This document shows positions 1 through 8,575 of a stretch of 64,000 nucleotides of DNA, one piece after another (position 1 is the first letter of the stretch; every line of letters begins with the position of its first letter). The stretch is from a virus: positions 6,539 to 70,538 of the IMG/VR virus record IMGVR_UViG_3300034418_010679; one strand, 5' to 3'. A program made the position numbers and the translations under genes. The notes under the pieces were generated by a model, which was given only the letters and a program-made list of their open reading frames with translations, was not told where the DNA came from and did not search any database.

Positions 1-1700
1 ACGAGACCGTACATGTCTGGACGGACCATCTTCTTGCCGTAGCGTGTCATCACACCCTTACGTGGTACGAAGTCCTCTGTGCCAAAGATGGTTGGAGTGA
101 CTTGTAGTGGGACGTAAGGAGCGTAGACGTAACCACTCTCTAGGAAGCTGTTGCCACGGCGACCAACTAGAACCACGTTGCGTGGGAAGTATGGGTCAAC
201 GTAAACGTCGAGCTTCTTGGAGATGCTACCAACATTTACAGCACCGGCTGTGCCATTGGCGTCAACGGTAACGTTGGCGCGGAAGCCAGCAGTGAACTCT
301 AGAATGTTAGCAACTTCTGGTGAGCAAACTACGAAGTTTGCACCACCGCGAACGGTGCGACGGTGAATCTCTGCGGACACATCGTTGATGGTCTCTAGAA
401 GAGTCTCGTACCATTCGCTAACTGTACCTGTGAAGTCAGGGGCAGCAGTGCTTGCACCAACTTCAACACCAGTTACGCGGTTTACAAACTTACCAGCAGC
501 GCGGCTCCAGTAGCGAACACCGGCACCCTTAGCAGCACCTTGAATGAGGTCGTTCAAGATTTCTTGATCGATCTCTAGGGCAATCTGCTCAGAGAGGATG
601 CTTGTAAGCTCAACCTCAGCGTCGAGGTTGTGGTAGGCGTTGAGGTCTTGACCGAGTTCGGGTGACCACTTAGCCTTTAGCTTTTTGGTGTTGGCTGTGA
701 TAGCAACACTGTCCACCTTGATATCAATCTCGGGGATATTTGGTGTATTCTCAAGTGCCCACTCGCTTTGACCGCGAACGGAACCAACAGCGTTGCTAGC
801 TGCAAAGTTATCGGTGATTGCGGCATCAATAACTGTGATAGCTGTGAGTGCTGTTGTCAACTGAGCAGGTGTACGACCTGTCTCGCTAGCGGCTGGAATG
901 GCAACCAAGAGAACTCTTGTGTTGTCATCGGGGTCGATGCGAGTTAGACGACGTAGAAGAACCTCGTTTGATAGACCACCTGAGCTTAGGGTGATGAGGT
1001 TATCCATGTTAACGCCAGCGGCTGAGAGTGTTGCAACTGGAACAGAAGCAATAGCGCAGTTTGTACCGGAAGCAATATCGGGATCGTAACGGAGCAACTT
1101 ATCAAAAGTATCTGAAGTTACTGTATCACCGTCGCCCATTGTGGACTCAGTTACACCAGCACCGTAAGTACCGGAAGCAACAGCAGAAATGGTAACACTA
1201 ACAGTGCCTGTTGGTGAAGCATAGCCGTTGTTGAGGGCGTATGGTCCCTTTTCAGCGTTGAGACCTGGGAATGTTGAGCCGAGGTCAATACCACCAGTAA
1301 TTTGAGCAGCTACAGCGCCGCCACCAAATAGTGAGGCGTTTTGGTCGTAACCAAGCTTCTCTGTACTGGAAGTGAAGTCCAAGAAGAAAATGAGACCTGA
1401 TGGTAGGCTCATTGGTTGGACGGAAACGAGTTCGTTGGCGATTAGCTCACCAAAGACTCTGCGGACGATTGGGAATGCTACGGCACTAAAGCCTTCGACA
1501 TCACCAGCCGCCATTGTGGAAGCTTCACGGAGAAGTTCCTTGGCTTGGTTCTCTAAGAGACGAGCCATGTTGTTTTTTGTAACATCGCTGTTGAGACCTT
1601 CAAGAAGTCCTGTGCCTTCCCACTTATTTAGTAGAGCAGCACCTTCCTTTTGGAGATCACGAGCAACAATGCCTTCTGTTAATTTTTCTAATGCAGACAT
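1..1700 (-). CDS. Major capsid protein, T4 gp23-like (3' end runs off the window)
   Basis: Not in the ORF track. Manual translation from ATG at 1700 gives MSALEKLTEGIVARDLQKEGAALLNKWEGTGLLEGL...ARLLENQAKELLREAST...AFPIVRRVFGELIANELVSVQPMSLPSGLIFFLDF and, near the end, GYVYAPYVPLQVTP...KGVMTRYGKKMVRPDMYGLV. These are gp23 hallmarks. SD AGGAGG at 1711-1716. Confidence 0.96.
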   Translation of the reverse strand, partial: MSALEKLTEGIVARDLQKEGAALLNKWEGTGLLEGLNSDVTKNNMARLLENQAKELLREASTMAAGDVEGFSAVAFPIVRRVFGELIANELVSVQPMSLPSGLIFFLDFTSSTEKLGYDQNASLFGGGAVAAQITGGIDLGSTFPGLNAEKGPYALNNGYASPTGTVSVTISAVASGTYGAGVTESTMGDGDTVTSDTFDKLLRYDPDIASGTNCAIASVPVATLSAAGVNMDNLITLSSGGLSNEVLLRRLTRIDPDDNTRVLLVAIPAASETGRTPAQLTTALTAITVIDAAITDNFAASNAVGSVRGQSEWALENTPNIPEIDIKVDSVAITANTKKLKAKWSPELGQDLNAYHNLDAEVELTSILSEQIALEIDQEILNDLIQGAAKGAGVRYWSRAAGKFVNRVTGVEVGASTAAPDFTGTVSEWYETLLETINDVSAEIHRRTVRGGANFVVCSPEVANILEFTAGFRANVTVDANGTAGAVNVGSISKKLDVYVDPYFPRNVVLVGRRGNSFLESGYVYAPYVPLQVTPTIFGTEDFVPRKGVMTRYGKKMVRPDMYGL

Positions 1701-1716
1701 AGTTAATTTTCCTCCT

Positions 1717-2787
1717 TTATTCTATTCCTGCGAGCTTGCGCCAATTCTTAAACATTGGAGCTTGCTCTTGTTGTTTATCTTCTCTCTTGCGAGAGGAGAC
1801 GACGAGGGAACGAGTACGGCTTACAGCTTCAGTCAGTGATTCTGGTGCTGTTTTTTCATTGGTGCTACCCACTGAGTCTTTCATTGTCTCATAAACCAGT
1901 TTGGTTTCCTCAATTGTTTTGGCTTTTGCCAAGGACTCGACAATTTTACTTTTTTGACGAGTATTAAGTTCTTGTGAAGATAGTGTTTGAGTTGTGTAGA
2001 AAAGTCTAGCGTTCTGAAGATTTACTTCTGCGGCTTTGGTTTTCATCTCAAGCAATACTTCTTTTGCTTTCTTGAGCTTTGTTTTTGCTTCTTGTAGCTG
2101 CTCGGAAAGCATCTTGTTTTGGTCTTGTAGTTCTTTATTTTTCTCTTGCTCTTCATCAACTGCGGCAGCTAGTGCGGCAAGGTCAGCGTTCTCAGCACGG
2201 TCACCGGCTGTGGAGCCAGCCCAACCGTTGTTGGGGTGCTGGGACTTAATGTCAACGTTGACTTCTTCTAGAAGGGCGTCGAGTTGTTCTTCTGTTAGGG
2301 CATCGATGGCTTCATCAAGACCTTCGCCTTCTTCCATCATTTCGCCTGCTGGCTCTAGGAGTTCTTCACGGTCGATAGCAGCCTCTGCTTCGGCGGGAAC
2401 TTCTTCTGCTTCTTCCTCGGGAGTAGAAGCTTCGTAGTCAGCCATTAGCTCATCGAAGTCAATAACTATTTCTTCTTGGTCGTCTTCAAGGGCTTGGGCA
2501 AGAGCAACAGTTGCTGCGTCTGGGACTTGTGCCATTAGTGAGTCATCACCAGTTGGTTCAGCAGGCTCGGCGTCCATTTCCATGTCCATAGCCATTTCTT
2601 CACCACCTTCGGCAGTCTCCTCCTCGGTGGCTTCTAACTCTTCTTCTTCGTCCTGCTCAAGAAGGTTCTCCAAAGATTCTTTTAGTTCTACGGAATACTT
2701 CTCAATAAGTTGCTTCTCAGCATTACGAAGGGCTGTTTCTTTTAGCTCTTTCGCATCTGCTATTGCCTTTTCAAACAATGATGACAT
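1717..2787 (-). CDS. Prohead core/scaffolding protein
   Basis: Very acidic, coiled-coil 356-aa protein directly upstream of the MCP. Ends WRKLAGIE, as expected for a scaffold C-terminus. Confidence 0.8.
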   Translation of the reverse strand: MSSLFEKAIADAKELKETALRNAEKQLIEKYSVELKESLENLLEQDEEEELEATEEETAEGGEEMAMDMEMDAEPAEPTGDDSLMAQVPDAATVALAQALEDDQEEIVIDFDELMADYEASTPEEEAEEVPAEAEAAIDREELLEPAGEMMEEGEGLDEAIDALTEEQLDALLEEVNVDIKSQHPNNGWAGSTAGDRAENADLAALAAAVDEEQEKNKELQDQNKMLSEQLQEAKTKLKKAKEVLLEMKTKAAEVNLQNARLFYTTQTLSSQELNTRQKSKIVESLAKAKTIEETKLVYETMKDSVGSTNEKTAPESLTEAVSRTRSLVVSSRKREDKQQEQAPMFKNWRKLAGIE

Positions 2788-2821
2788 AATACACTTCTCC
2801 CATGACAGAAATAGTCGTTAA

Positions 2822-2828
2822 TAAATAG
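2822..2828 (-). promoter_or_regulatory. Putative late promoter CTATTTA upstream of scaffold/MCP
   Basis: Intergenic, 35 nt upstream of the scaffold ATG. The same motif precedes many structural genes. Confidence 0.55.
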
Positions 2829-2848
2829 TCCTAACGAAGCCAAAAAAC

Positions 2849-3055
2849 TTATTTAGCTTTTTGCTCGTTGGTTATCTTTCTAGCGATTCTTTTTCTGCGA
2901 AGTTTTTTTAATCTTCTGGTCTTGGATGGCTTGACATAGAACCTTCTTTCTCTTACTTCGTCTATGATGCCTTCTTTCTTTACTTTTCTTGAGAACCTTT
3001 TTATTAGTCTCTCGCCGGGTTCGTTGCGGCGAGCTTCCACTTTAACGTGTGCCAT
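2849..3055 (-). CDS. rpsU: Phage-encoded 30S ribosomal protein bS21
   Basis: 68 aa and highly basic. VKVEARRNEPGERLIKRFSRKVKKEGIIDEVRERRFYVKPSKTRR matches the bS21 pattern (L+RF++...G++.E.+.R.FYEKPS). Confidence 0.9.
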   Translation of the reverse strand: MAHVKVEARRNEPGERLIKRFSRKVKKEGIIDEVRERRFYVKPSKTRRLKKLRRKRIARKITNEQKAK

Positions 3056-3056
3056 A

Positions 3057-3485
3057 TTACCTCTTTTTAGCTGTGGCTAGGGTCTTCCAGTTTCTCCCTC
3101 CAAGAGCCATGATGCCTGAAATGTCCACACCAGGGTCTTTTGCACTTACGCCAGCCATAGGACTAGCGGAGGCTGCACCTTCAACGGGTGCGTCCATTGG
3201 TTCGATTCCCTCAAAAATGTTTGAATACGCACCTTCGCCTACTGCTTTTGTAAGCATTTGTCTTTTCTCGGCAAGGCGCTTCTTTTGTAGTTCTATTGCT
3301 TCTTGGTTTGTGTTTCTTTGTGGTTCTGGTGTAGGCTCTGGTTGTTTTGCTTCAACAATAACATTGCCCATTCCTTTAGCCACCTCTGCTACAACCTTTG
3401 TAAGAATGCCTTCCTCGATAATAACTTCATGGATGCACTCTTTGATAATGGGTTTAATAAGTTTTTTTAGTTGTTCTCGCTTCAT
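3057..3485 (-). CDS. Hypothetical head-region protein with shared N-terminal leader
   Basis: Start moved to ATG 3485 (ATGA overlap with the upstream stop). Begins MKREQLKKLIKPIIKECIHEVIIEEG. Confidence 0.75.
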   Translation of the reverse strand: MKREQLKKLIKPIIKECIHEVIIEEGILTKVVAEVAKGMGNVIVEAKQPEPTPEPQRNTNQEAIELQKKRLAEKRQMLTKAVGEGAYSNIFEGIEPMDAPVEGAASASPMAGVSAKDPGVDISGIMALGGRNWKTLATAKKR

Positions 3486-3907
3486 AGTTCTCTCAACCAA
3501 TCGCAGTCAAACTTTGCTGCTATTTTTTCGATCTTTTGCATCTCGATAACATCATAACCCGTTGGGTCTGTGAGAGCGCCATAGCTTGCTCTCTCGTGCG
3601 TTTGCTTCAAACGAGCGCACTTTCTTCTTTGCTCGCCAGCGTCCATTTCATTCATAGGTTCGCCGCTTGTTAGTAAGTAGTCTCTTGCGCTGTTGAGATA
3701 AGCAGAAGCCAAAGCCACTTTCTTCATCCACCAAGAAGGAAGGTCTTGCTCTGCGCTGAAACCTTCTAGGTGTTGTAGAATATCTTGACTATCCTCGATG
3801 GCGAGTTTTGCTTGACGACGGGCAGAAGATACATCTGTGTGTCCGTCTTCGTTGAGAACTGCTTGTAGTTCTTCTTTGATAAGTTTTCTCAACTGTTCTT
3901 TATTCAT
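3482..3907 (-). CDS. Hypothetical head-region (putative internal) protein
   Basis: Leader MNKEQLRKLIKEELQAVLNE, then a helical domain with DLPSWWMKK. Coupled to both neighbours. Confidence 0.75.
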   Translation of the reverse strand: MNKEQLRKLIKEELQAVLNEDGHTDVSSARRQAKLAIEDSQDILQHLEGFSAEQDLPSWWMKKVALASAYLNSARDYLLTSGEPMNEMDAGEQRRKCARLKQTHERASYGALTDPTGYDVIEMQKIEKIAAKFDCDWLREL

Positions 3908-4194
3908 AGGTCAAAGTCTCCACCCAAGTAAAGAAGTCTGTCTCTCATAAGTCTGTTAGCGAGGTTCTTTAGTTCGGGTTTCATTAGGGGGTAGCCTATT
4001 GTTTTTTCCCATTTAGCGGGAATGTCTTCTTTATCAATAGAACCACCAAACATAGTCTTTACTACTTCAGCAAACTTTTTGTAGTCGTCCTCGGAGACTT
4101 CTACGTCTTTGAGACCAACATTGTCGAGCATACCTTCGGTGACGACTGCTTGTATTTCTTCTTTGATTATTTCTCTTAGTTGGTTCTCGTTCAT
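3904..4194 (-). CDS. Hypothetical head-region (putative internal) protein
   Basis: Leader MNENQLREIIKEEIQAVVTE. Abuts the protease stop. Confidence 0.75.
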   Translation of the reverse strand: MNENQLREIIKEEIQAVVTEGMLDNVGLKDVEVSEDDYKKFAEVVKTMFGGSIDKEDIPAKWEKTIGYPLMKPELKNLANRLMRDRLLYLGGDFDL

Positions 4195-4773
4195 TTATTT
4201 TCTTCCGACAAGAATGTCATTGAGGGCGCGGTTGATTCTGTCAGCCTTGCCAAATATTTCTCTTTCCTTTGCCTCTTTCATAAGGTATGCACCGGGGGTG
4301 GATGCCTCTGAAACAAGGTCAAAGCAAATAAGTGTGAAGTCGTCCTCTACCATAGTTAGCCCACGCTCTTGACGAGTTGAACCTAAACCACGAGAGGAGA
4401 TACCCAGTGAGCCACCGTCCAAAACAATTTGTTGGGCGATTTTGCCTGCTGGGGTATTGAGTAGTTTTAGTGTTCCGTAAACTGCATCGCCATCCATATG
4501 GATTTCTGTTACAAGGTGTGATGCGTTTTTTAGTTCCACGACTGATGTATCGGGGTGATCGAGTTCTCCGTATGCTCTGCGGTCACGAACTATTTTTTTG
4601 TAGTTCTCGACTTCTCTTTGGAGAGCGCGGGGTGGGTAAACTCTGCCGTTGCCGTTCTTTTTGTTGGCGTGTTGAAGGAGACCTTTTAGGTAAACGAAAC
4701 CATCGTCAGCACGCTTGGCTTCCGTTAGTGTTTCAAGTTGAAAGTATTCTATTAGAACTTGTTTCTTTGACAT
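4195..4773 (-). CDS. Prohead core protease, T4 gp21-like
   Basis: Motifs KNGNGRVYP, GELDHP, SH, TPAGKI, LGISSRGLGS and FDLVSEASTPGA. Confidence 0.95.
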   Translation of the reverse strand: MSKKQVLIEYFQLETLTEAKRADDGFVYLKGLLQHANKKNGNGRVYPPRALQREVENYKKIVRDRRAYGELDHPDTSVVELKNASHLVTEIHMDGDAVYGTLKLLNTPAGKIAQQIVLDGGSLGISSRGLGSTRQERGLTMVEDDFTLICFDLVSEASTPGAYLMKEAKEREIFGKADRINRALNDILVGRK

Positions 4774-4775
4774 AG

Positions 4776-4850
4776 CTAAGACCCCTTGCAGCAGTTTGTT
4801 GGTGGGCGAAGCATCCAGTGATTATCTACCCAAATGTTTATGTTGCTCAT
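4776..4850 (-). CDS. 24-aa Cys-Cys micropeptide (MSNINIWVDNHWMLRPPTNCCKGS)
   Basis: Manually found. Fills the gap exactly: ATGA overlap with the upstream stop, and its TAG ends 2 nt before the protease ATG. Confidence 0.55.
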   Translation of the reverse strand: MSNINIWVDNHWMLRPPTNCCKGS

Positions 4851-5044
4851 TCTCCGTCCCTTAGAGCTTTTACAATAGCTGCAAGACCTGCTGCCATTGC
4901 TCTTGCTCTTTCGTCGCTAACGTCACCTTTGTTTAGCTCTCTAATTGTGCGGTCAATCATTTGATACTTATCAAAATCTGACGCTTCGCTAAGAAGGTTT
5001 TGAACCTCTTCTTTAATCATTTCTTTTAGCTTTACTTTGTCCAT
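4847..5044 (-). CDS. Hypothetical head-region (putative internal) protein
   Basis: Leader MDKVKLKEMIKEEVQNLLSEA. Confidence 0.7.
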   Translation of the reverse strand: MDKVKLKEMIKEEVQNLLSEASDFDKYQMIDRTIRELNKGDVSDERARAMAAGLAAIVKALRDGE

Positions 5045-5331
5045 TTTATTTTTATTCCTTCATCGTCAAATACTTGACAGAGTATGTAACTTGTCCCAGA
5101 ACTTAGACACCCTAATAAAATAGGTGTTACGAAGTTTGGTTCAAATGTAAATAGTGGTGTAAAAGGAGAAATGACGCAAAGAAAGAACCCTACCCAAAAG
5201 CCCATACACATTGGGCAATGGAAGAGTTCTCCAAGTTTTCCTTTTGTTGGTCTTATTGGTTTTAGTATTGAGCCATAGACAAGTATTTGTGTGAGCCCAT
5301 AGGCTACTAAAATAAATGTTAAAAGTTCCAT
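5032..5331 (-). CDS. Small membrane protein with CxxCxGFW motif (DUF1360-like)
   Basis: Three hydrophobic segments and LFHCPMCMGFWVG. Confidence 0.7.
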   Translation of the reverse strand: MELLTFILVAYGLTQILVYGSILKPIRPTKGKLGELFHCPMCMGFWVGFFLCVISPFTPLFTFEPNFVTPILLGCLSSGTSYILCQVFDDEGIKIKWTK

Positions 5332-5849
5332 TATATCCTGTAAACAAGTGGTGTGATGTAAGGGTCTTTTGGAAGTGTGCCCTTATCTTCTTCTTGTGGA
5401 ACTTCGCCAAGTTCAGTAGCGTCTTCTTCTGGTGGGTCAAGAAGGTATTCGTCGTATTCGTCTTGGTAGTATTCGTCGTAGTGTTCGTTTTGCTCGTTTT
5501 TCAAGTATTCATCAACGTGGAAAACAGCGAGTTGCAAAATGGAACGGTCTTCTACTGGTTTGCCAAATGTGGCTTCCAAGGAAGCATAAATGTTGCCACC
5601 TTGTACGGTTTCTGGTTTTACAAGACCAACGCGAACCATGTAGTCCATAAGACGCTTCATGGCTGCATAAGCTTCGTCTGTGTAGTTGCCGTCTTTGGCA
5701 AAGCAAAGCAGCTTGTCTTTTTTAACAATAATGGTGAGGTAAGGGTGTGTGAGAAACATAAGGTCGCCGTCAATAGTCTTTGTGACCGCTACTTTCTTTT
5801 TTAGCGTCTCCATTTCTTTTTGGCGGCGAATCTTTATTTTAATTGTCAT
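5331..5849 (-). CDS. Hypothetical protein with acidic C-terminus
   Basis: Start moved to ATG 5849 (MTIKIKIRRQ), overlapping the upstream stop region. Tail EHYDEYYQDEYDEYLLDPPEED. Confidence 0.75.
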   Translation of the reverse strand: MTIKIKIRRQKEMETLKKKVAVTKTIDGDLMFLTHPYLTIIVKKDKLLCFAKDGNYTDEAYAAMKRLMDYMVRVGLVKPETVQGGNIYASLEATFGKPVEDRSILQLAVFHVDEYLKNEQNEHYDEYYQDEYDEYLLDPPEEDATELGEVPQEEDKGTLPKDPYITPLVYRI

Positions 5850-6648
5850 CGGACTGAATCTCACTTACCAGCTTTTGAATTTTGAGAACATCAATAACTG
5901 TGCTCTCATTTATTTTTTGCTTACCAACATTTTCTAAAATGTCAATAACTTTTTGTGTGTTCTCGACCATTACCTCGTCTTCTTTGATTTCGGGGAGGTC
6001 AAGGCTTCCAGCTAGAACACCTTTGAGGCGACCTAGTTCTTCGTTTAGGAAAGAAACCAAGCCAGAGGGGTCAGCGATAAAAAGGCTTAGAACCTCTCTT
6101 TGCTCTGGTAGTAGGGAAGAATACTCACGGTTGAATACTTTAACGTATTGTTTAAATGTGAAGTCGTCCATACTCTTTGTTTGTGGAGTAAGAACTTTCT
6201 TGCCTGTCATTTCTTTTAAAAGGTTGGTTTCCAAAAGAACTTTTGTTTTGCCAACTGTTTCGTCTGAAAAGAGTTGAGCGATGCTCGCTAGGGAGCGGTA
6301 GTTTGGAACGTAGTTATTATAAACTTGTGGTGAAATAGTTTTATTAACTTCTGAAATAAGAAAAGACTGTCTTTTGAATACTTCTTTCTTATCGAGTTGA
6401 TGATAAGAGTTGCGGCACTCAACAATAATTTTTGCTGCGAGAAGTTGGTCTGCTTCTTTTGTTTCGTAAATGCTTTTGTAAAGTTGGAGTTCTTTGTGTA
6501 GAATGGTGCCTTTACCAAAGTGCTCTTTAATAACTTTTAAAACTTTTTGTTTCTTTTTGTTGTCTCCGCGAATAGCAGCCTTGGTCATTTCACGAACCAG
6601 TGCTTCAAATAAAAATGCGGTGTTTCTTTTCTTGTTATGTTTAGCCAT
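5839..6648 (-). CDS. Hypothetical head-assembly protein downstream of portal
   Basis: 269-aa helical ORF (MAKHNKKRNTAFLFEALVRE) overlapping the portal stop. Confidence 0.75.
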   Translation of the reverse strand: MAKHNKKRNTAFLFEALVREMTKAAIRGDNKKKQKVLKVIKEHFGKGTILHKELQLYKSIYETKEADQLLAAKIIVECRNSYHQLDKKEVFKRQSFLISEVNKTISPQVYNNYVPNYRSLASIAQLFSDETVGKTKVLLETNLLKEMTGKKVLTPQTKSMDDFTFKQYVKVFNREYSSLLPEQREVLSLFIADPSGLVSFLNEELGRLKGVLAGSLDLPEIKEDEVMVENTQKVIDILENVGKQKINESTVIDVLKIQKLVSEIQSDDN

Positions 6649-8572
6649 TCTTGTTCTCCAAACTTTCGATTAGTTTTTCGATTTCCTTATTAGAGTTCAG
6701 AATCTCCGACTCCATATCCTCATAAATAGTTTTGCTTTCATTAAAAACATAGCCCTTACCGAGTTTATTCAACTCTTCCGCGCCTGTGGCACGGGCTGTG
6801 GTGCGCTGACCACCAACAGGGTTGGCAATGGCAGAGTTGTGGCGCTTCTTTGCACCTTCGCTTCTGCGGTCTGTTTTTACTGGTTGGTACATTTTACCTT
6901 TGGACTTATTGGTAGTTGTCATTCCGTCTTTAAAGGTATAGTGAATAGTGTCTTCATCAGCTTCTGTGAGTTCTTCATCGCCAGGAGTTGCCAAGAGGGG
7001 GCTTTCTTCTTCTGCTCCACCGGCTTCTTCTTCTCCACCAAGGTCGAGTTCTTCACCTTCACCACCCAAGTCAAGCTCATCAGCGCCACCAAGGTCGAGC
7101 CCACCGGCATCACCACCTTCCTCTGGTGCTTGACCAGCGGCTTCCATTGCTGCTCTGAACTTCGCATCATAGAACATCTCCTGTTCGTTACGAACAAACT
7201 CTTCGTCGGTCATATTGAATAGGCGTGTGGCTATCCATCGACGTGAAACAAAACCTTCTGTGGCAGAACCTGCAACGGAGAACTTCTTCTCCCAGTGCTC
7301 CAACTCTTGTAGTTCAGCAATCTTGCTTGGGTTGTTTAGTTTGAGCTTAAAAGAAAGTAGGTCTGTGCCTCTGTATCCTAGAACATAAAGGTGAACAATG
7401 CAAATCTTTTCTAGCTCGGAAACAACTGAGCGTTGTAGTCTTTGAATAGTTCTGGCAAAACGAATATCTTTCTGGGCTAGGGTTGTTTTGTCTTCCTCTG
7501 CACCTTCACCACGGGCTAGGTAAGAACGTGGAATTTTAAGAGCGGAGAACAGTTTGTCACGGAGATAATTTACGTCGTCAATGTCGCCTGTGAAAGCACC
7601 ACCGGGAAGGTTCTCAATACGAGAACTTTGACCACCACGGACGGGAATAAAATAGTCCTCGTCAATAGACATTGGGTTGTAGCGAAGGTCAACGCGACCT
7701 GTGTCGGGATCTACAACTTGGTTTCTTTTTAGTGAGGTTTTAACCCTCTCCATGTATTGCTCAACGTCTTCGGGAGCAATAGCACCAACGTCAATGTAAA
7801 AAATTCTTCTCTCGGGCGAACGAACAATACGGTAAGCCATCATTGCGTCTTCAAGCATTGTTAGCTGACGCCAAATGCGTCTGGCTGGTTCTAGCACCGA
7901 TGTTCCGTATGGAGCATACTTGTCATTACCAAGAATACGGAAGTGTGCTACTTGCCAGTTTTCAAAGGTCATACCTGCGGAGTTCCATTGGTATTGAATG
8001 TAGTTCGGGTTTGTTTTGTCCTCGCCTTCTAGTCTTTCGACTTCTGCTGAGGGAAGGGAAAGAACAGACTTTACACCTATTTTCTCATCAACGTCGAGAT
8101 AAAGGTAATAGTCACCCATCTTGCACATACCACGAGCCCAGCCGTAAAGGTTGAACTCAACGTTTAGCACGTCGTAAAGAAGTGTGCGGAGTGTGGAGCG
8201 AATCTCGTCATTGTGGCAAACAACGTGAAGTAGGGGTTGTAGGTCAGAGAACGTGGTCATCTCGTCGGCATAAATGTCGAGAGTTGAAGCAATCTCTGGT
8301 GTGTATTCCATTTGGTCGAAATCTACATAACGCTCTGCTCTATTTTGTGACGCATAGTATTTTGCTGAATAGTTCTCATAAATGTTGTGCTCGGCTTTCT
8401 TGAACTGTTTACCAGAAAGTGAGGTAAACTTTGTGCCGTATTTATCTAGCTGTTTTCGTTTGAAACGCTTTTGTTGTTCCGAGTCGTAGTTAACAATAGG
8501 TCCAGAAAAAAGTCTGGTTAGGACTTTGTAAAGAGGACTTGCTTCGTTTCTTGGGTTTCTTGGGTCTGCCAT
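6641..8572 (-). CDS. Portal protein, T4 gp20-like
   Basis: Motifs EIASTLDIYADE, LEDAMMAYRIVRSPERRIFYIDVG, EDYFIPVR, IENLPGG, DDVNYLRDKLFSALKIPRS and DIRFARTIQRLQ. Confidence 0.96.
   Translation of the reverse strand: MADPRNPRNEASPLYKVLTRLFSGPIVNYDSEQQKRFKRKQLDKYGTKFTSLSGKQFKKAEHNIYENYSAKYYASQNRAERYVDFDQMEYTPEIASTLDIYADEMTTFSDLQPLLHVVCHNDEIRSTLRTLLYDVLNVEFNLYGWARGMCKMGDYYLYLDVDEKIGVKSVLSLPSAEVERLEGEDKTNPNYIQYQWNSAGMTFENWQVAHFRILGNDKYAPYGTSVLEPARRIWRQLTMLEDAMMAYRIVRSPERRIFYIDVGAIAPEDVEQYMERVKTSLKRNQVVDPDTGRVDLRYNPMSIDEDYFIPVRGGQSSRIENLPGGAFTGDIDDVNYLRDKLFSALKIPRSYLARGEGAEEDKTTLAQKDIRFARTIQRLQRSVVSELEKICIVHLYVLGYRGTDLLSFKLKLNNPSKIAELQELEHWEKKFSVAGSATEGFVSRRWIATRLFNMTDEEFVRNEQEMFYDAKFRAAMEAAGQAPEEGGDAGGLDLGGADELDLGGEGEELDLGGEEEAGGAEEESPLLATPGDEELTEADEDTIHYTFKDGMTTTNKSKGKMYQPVKTDRRSEGAKKRHNSAIANPVGGQRTTARATGAEELNKLGKGYVFNESKTIYEDMESEILNSNKEIEKLIESLENKNG
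7034..7099 (-). repeat. Three imperfect LDLGG coding repeats in the acidic portal tail
   Basis: GGLDLGGADELDLGGEGEELDLGGEEE. The DNA ccaccaaggtcgag recurs. Confidence 0.7.
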
Positions 8573-8575
8573 TTT

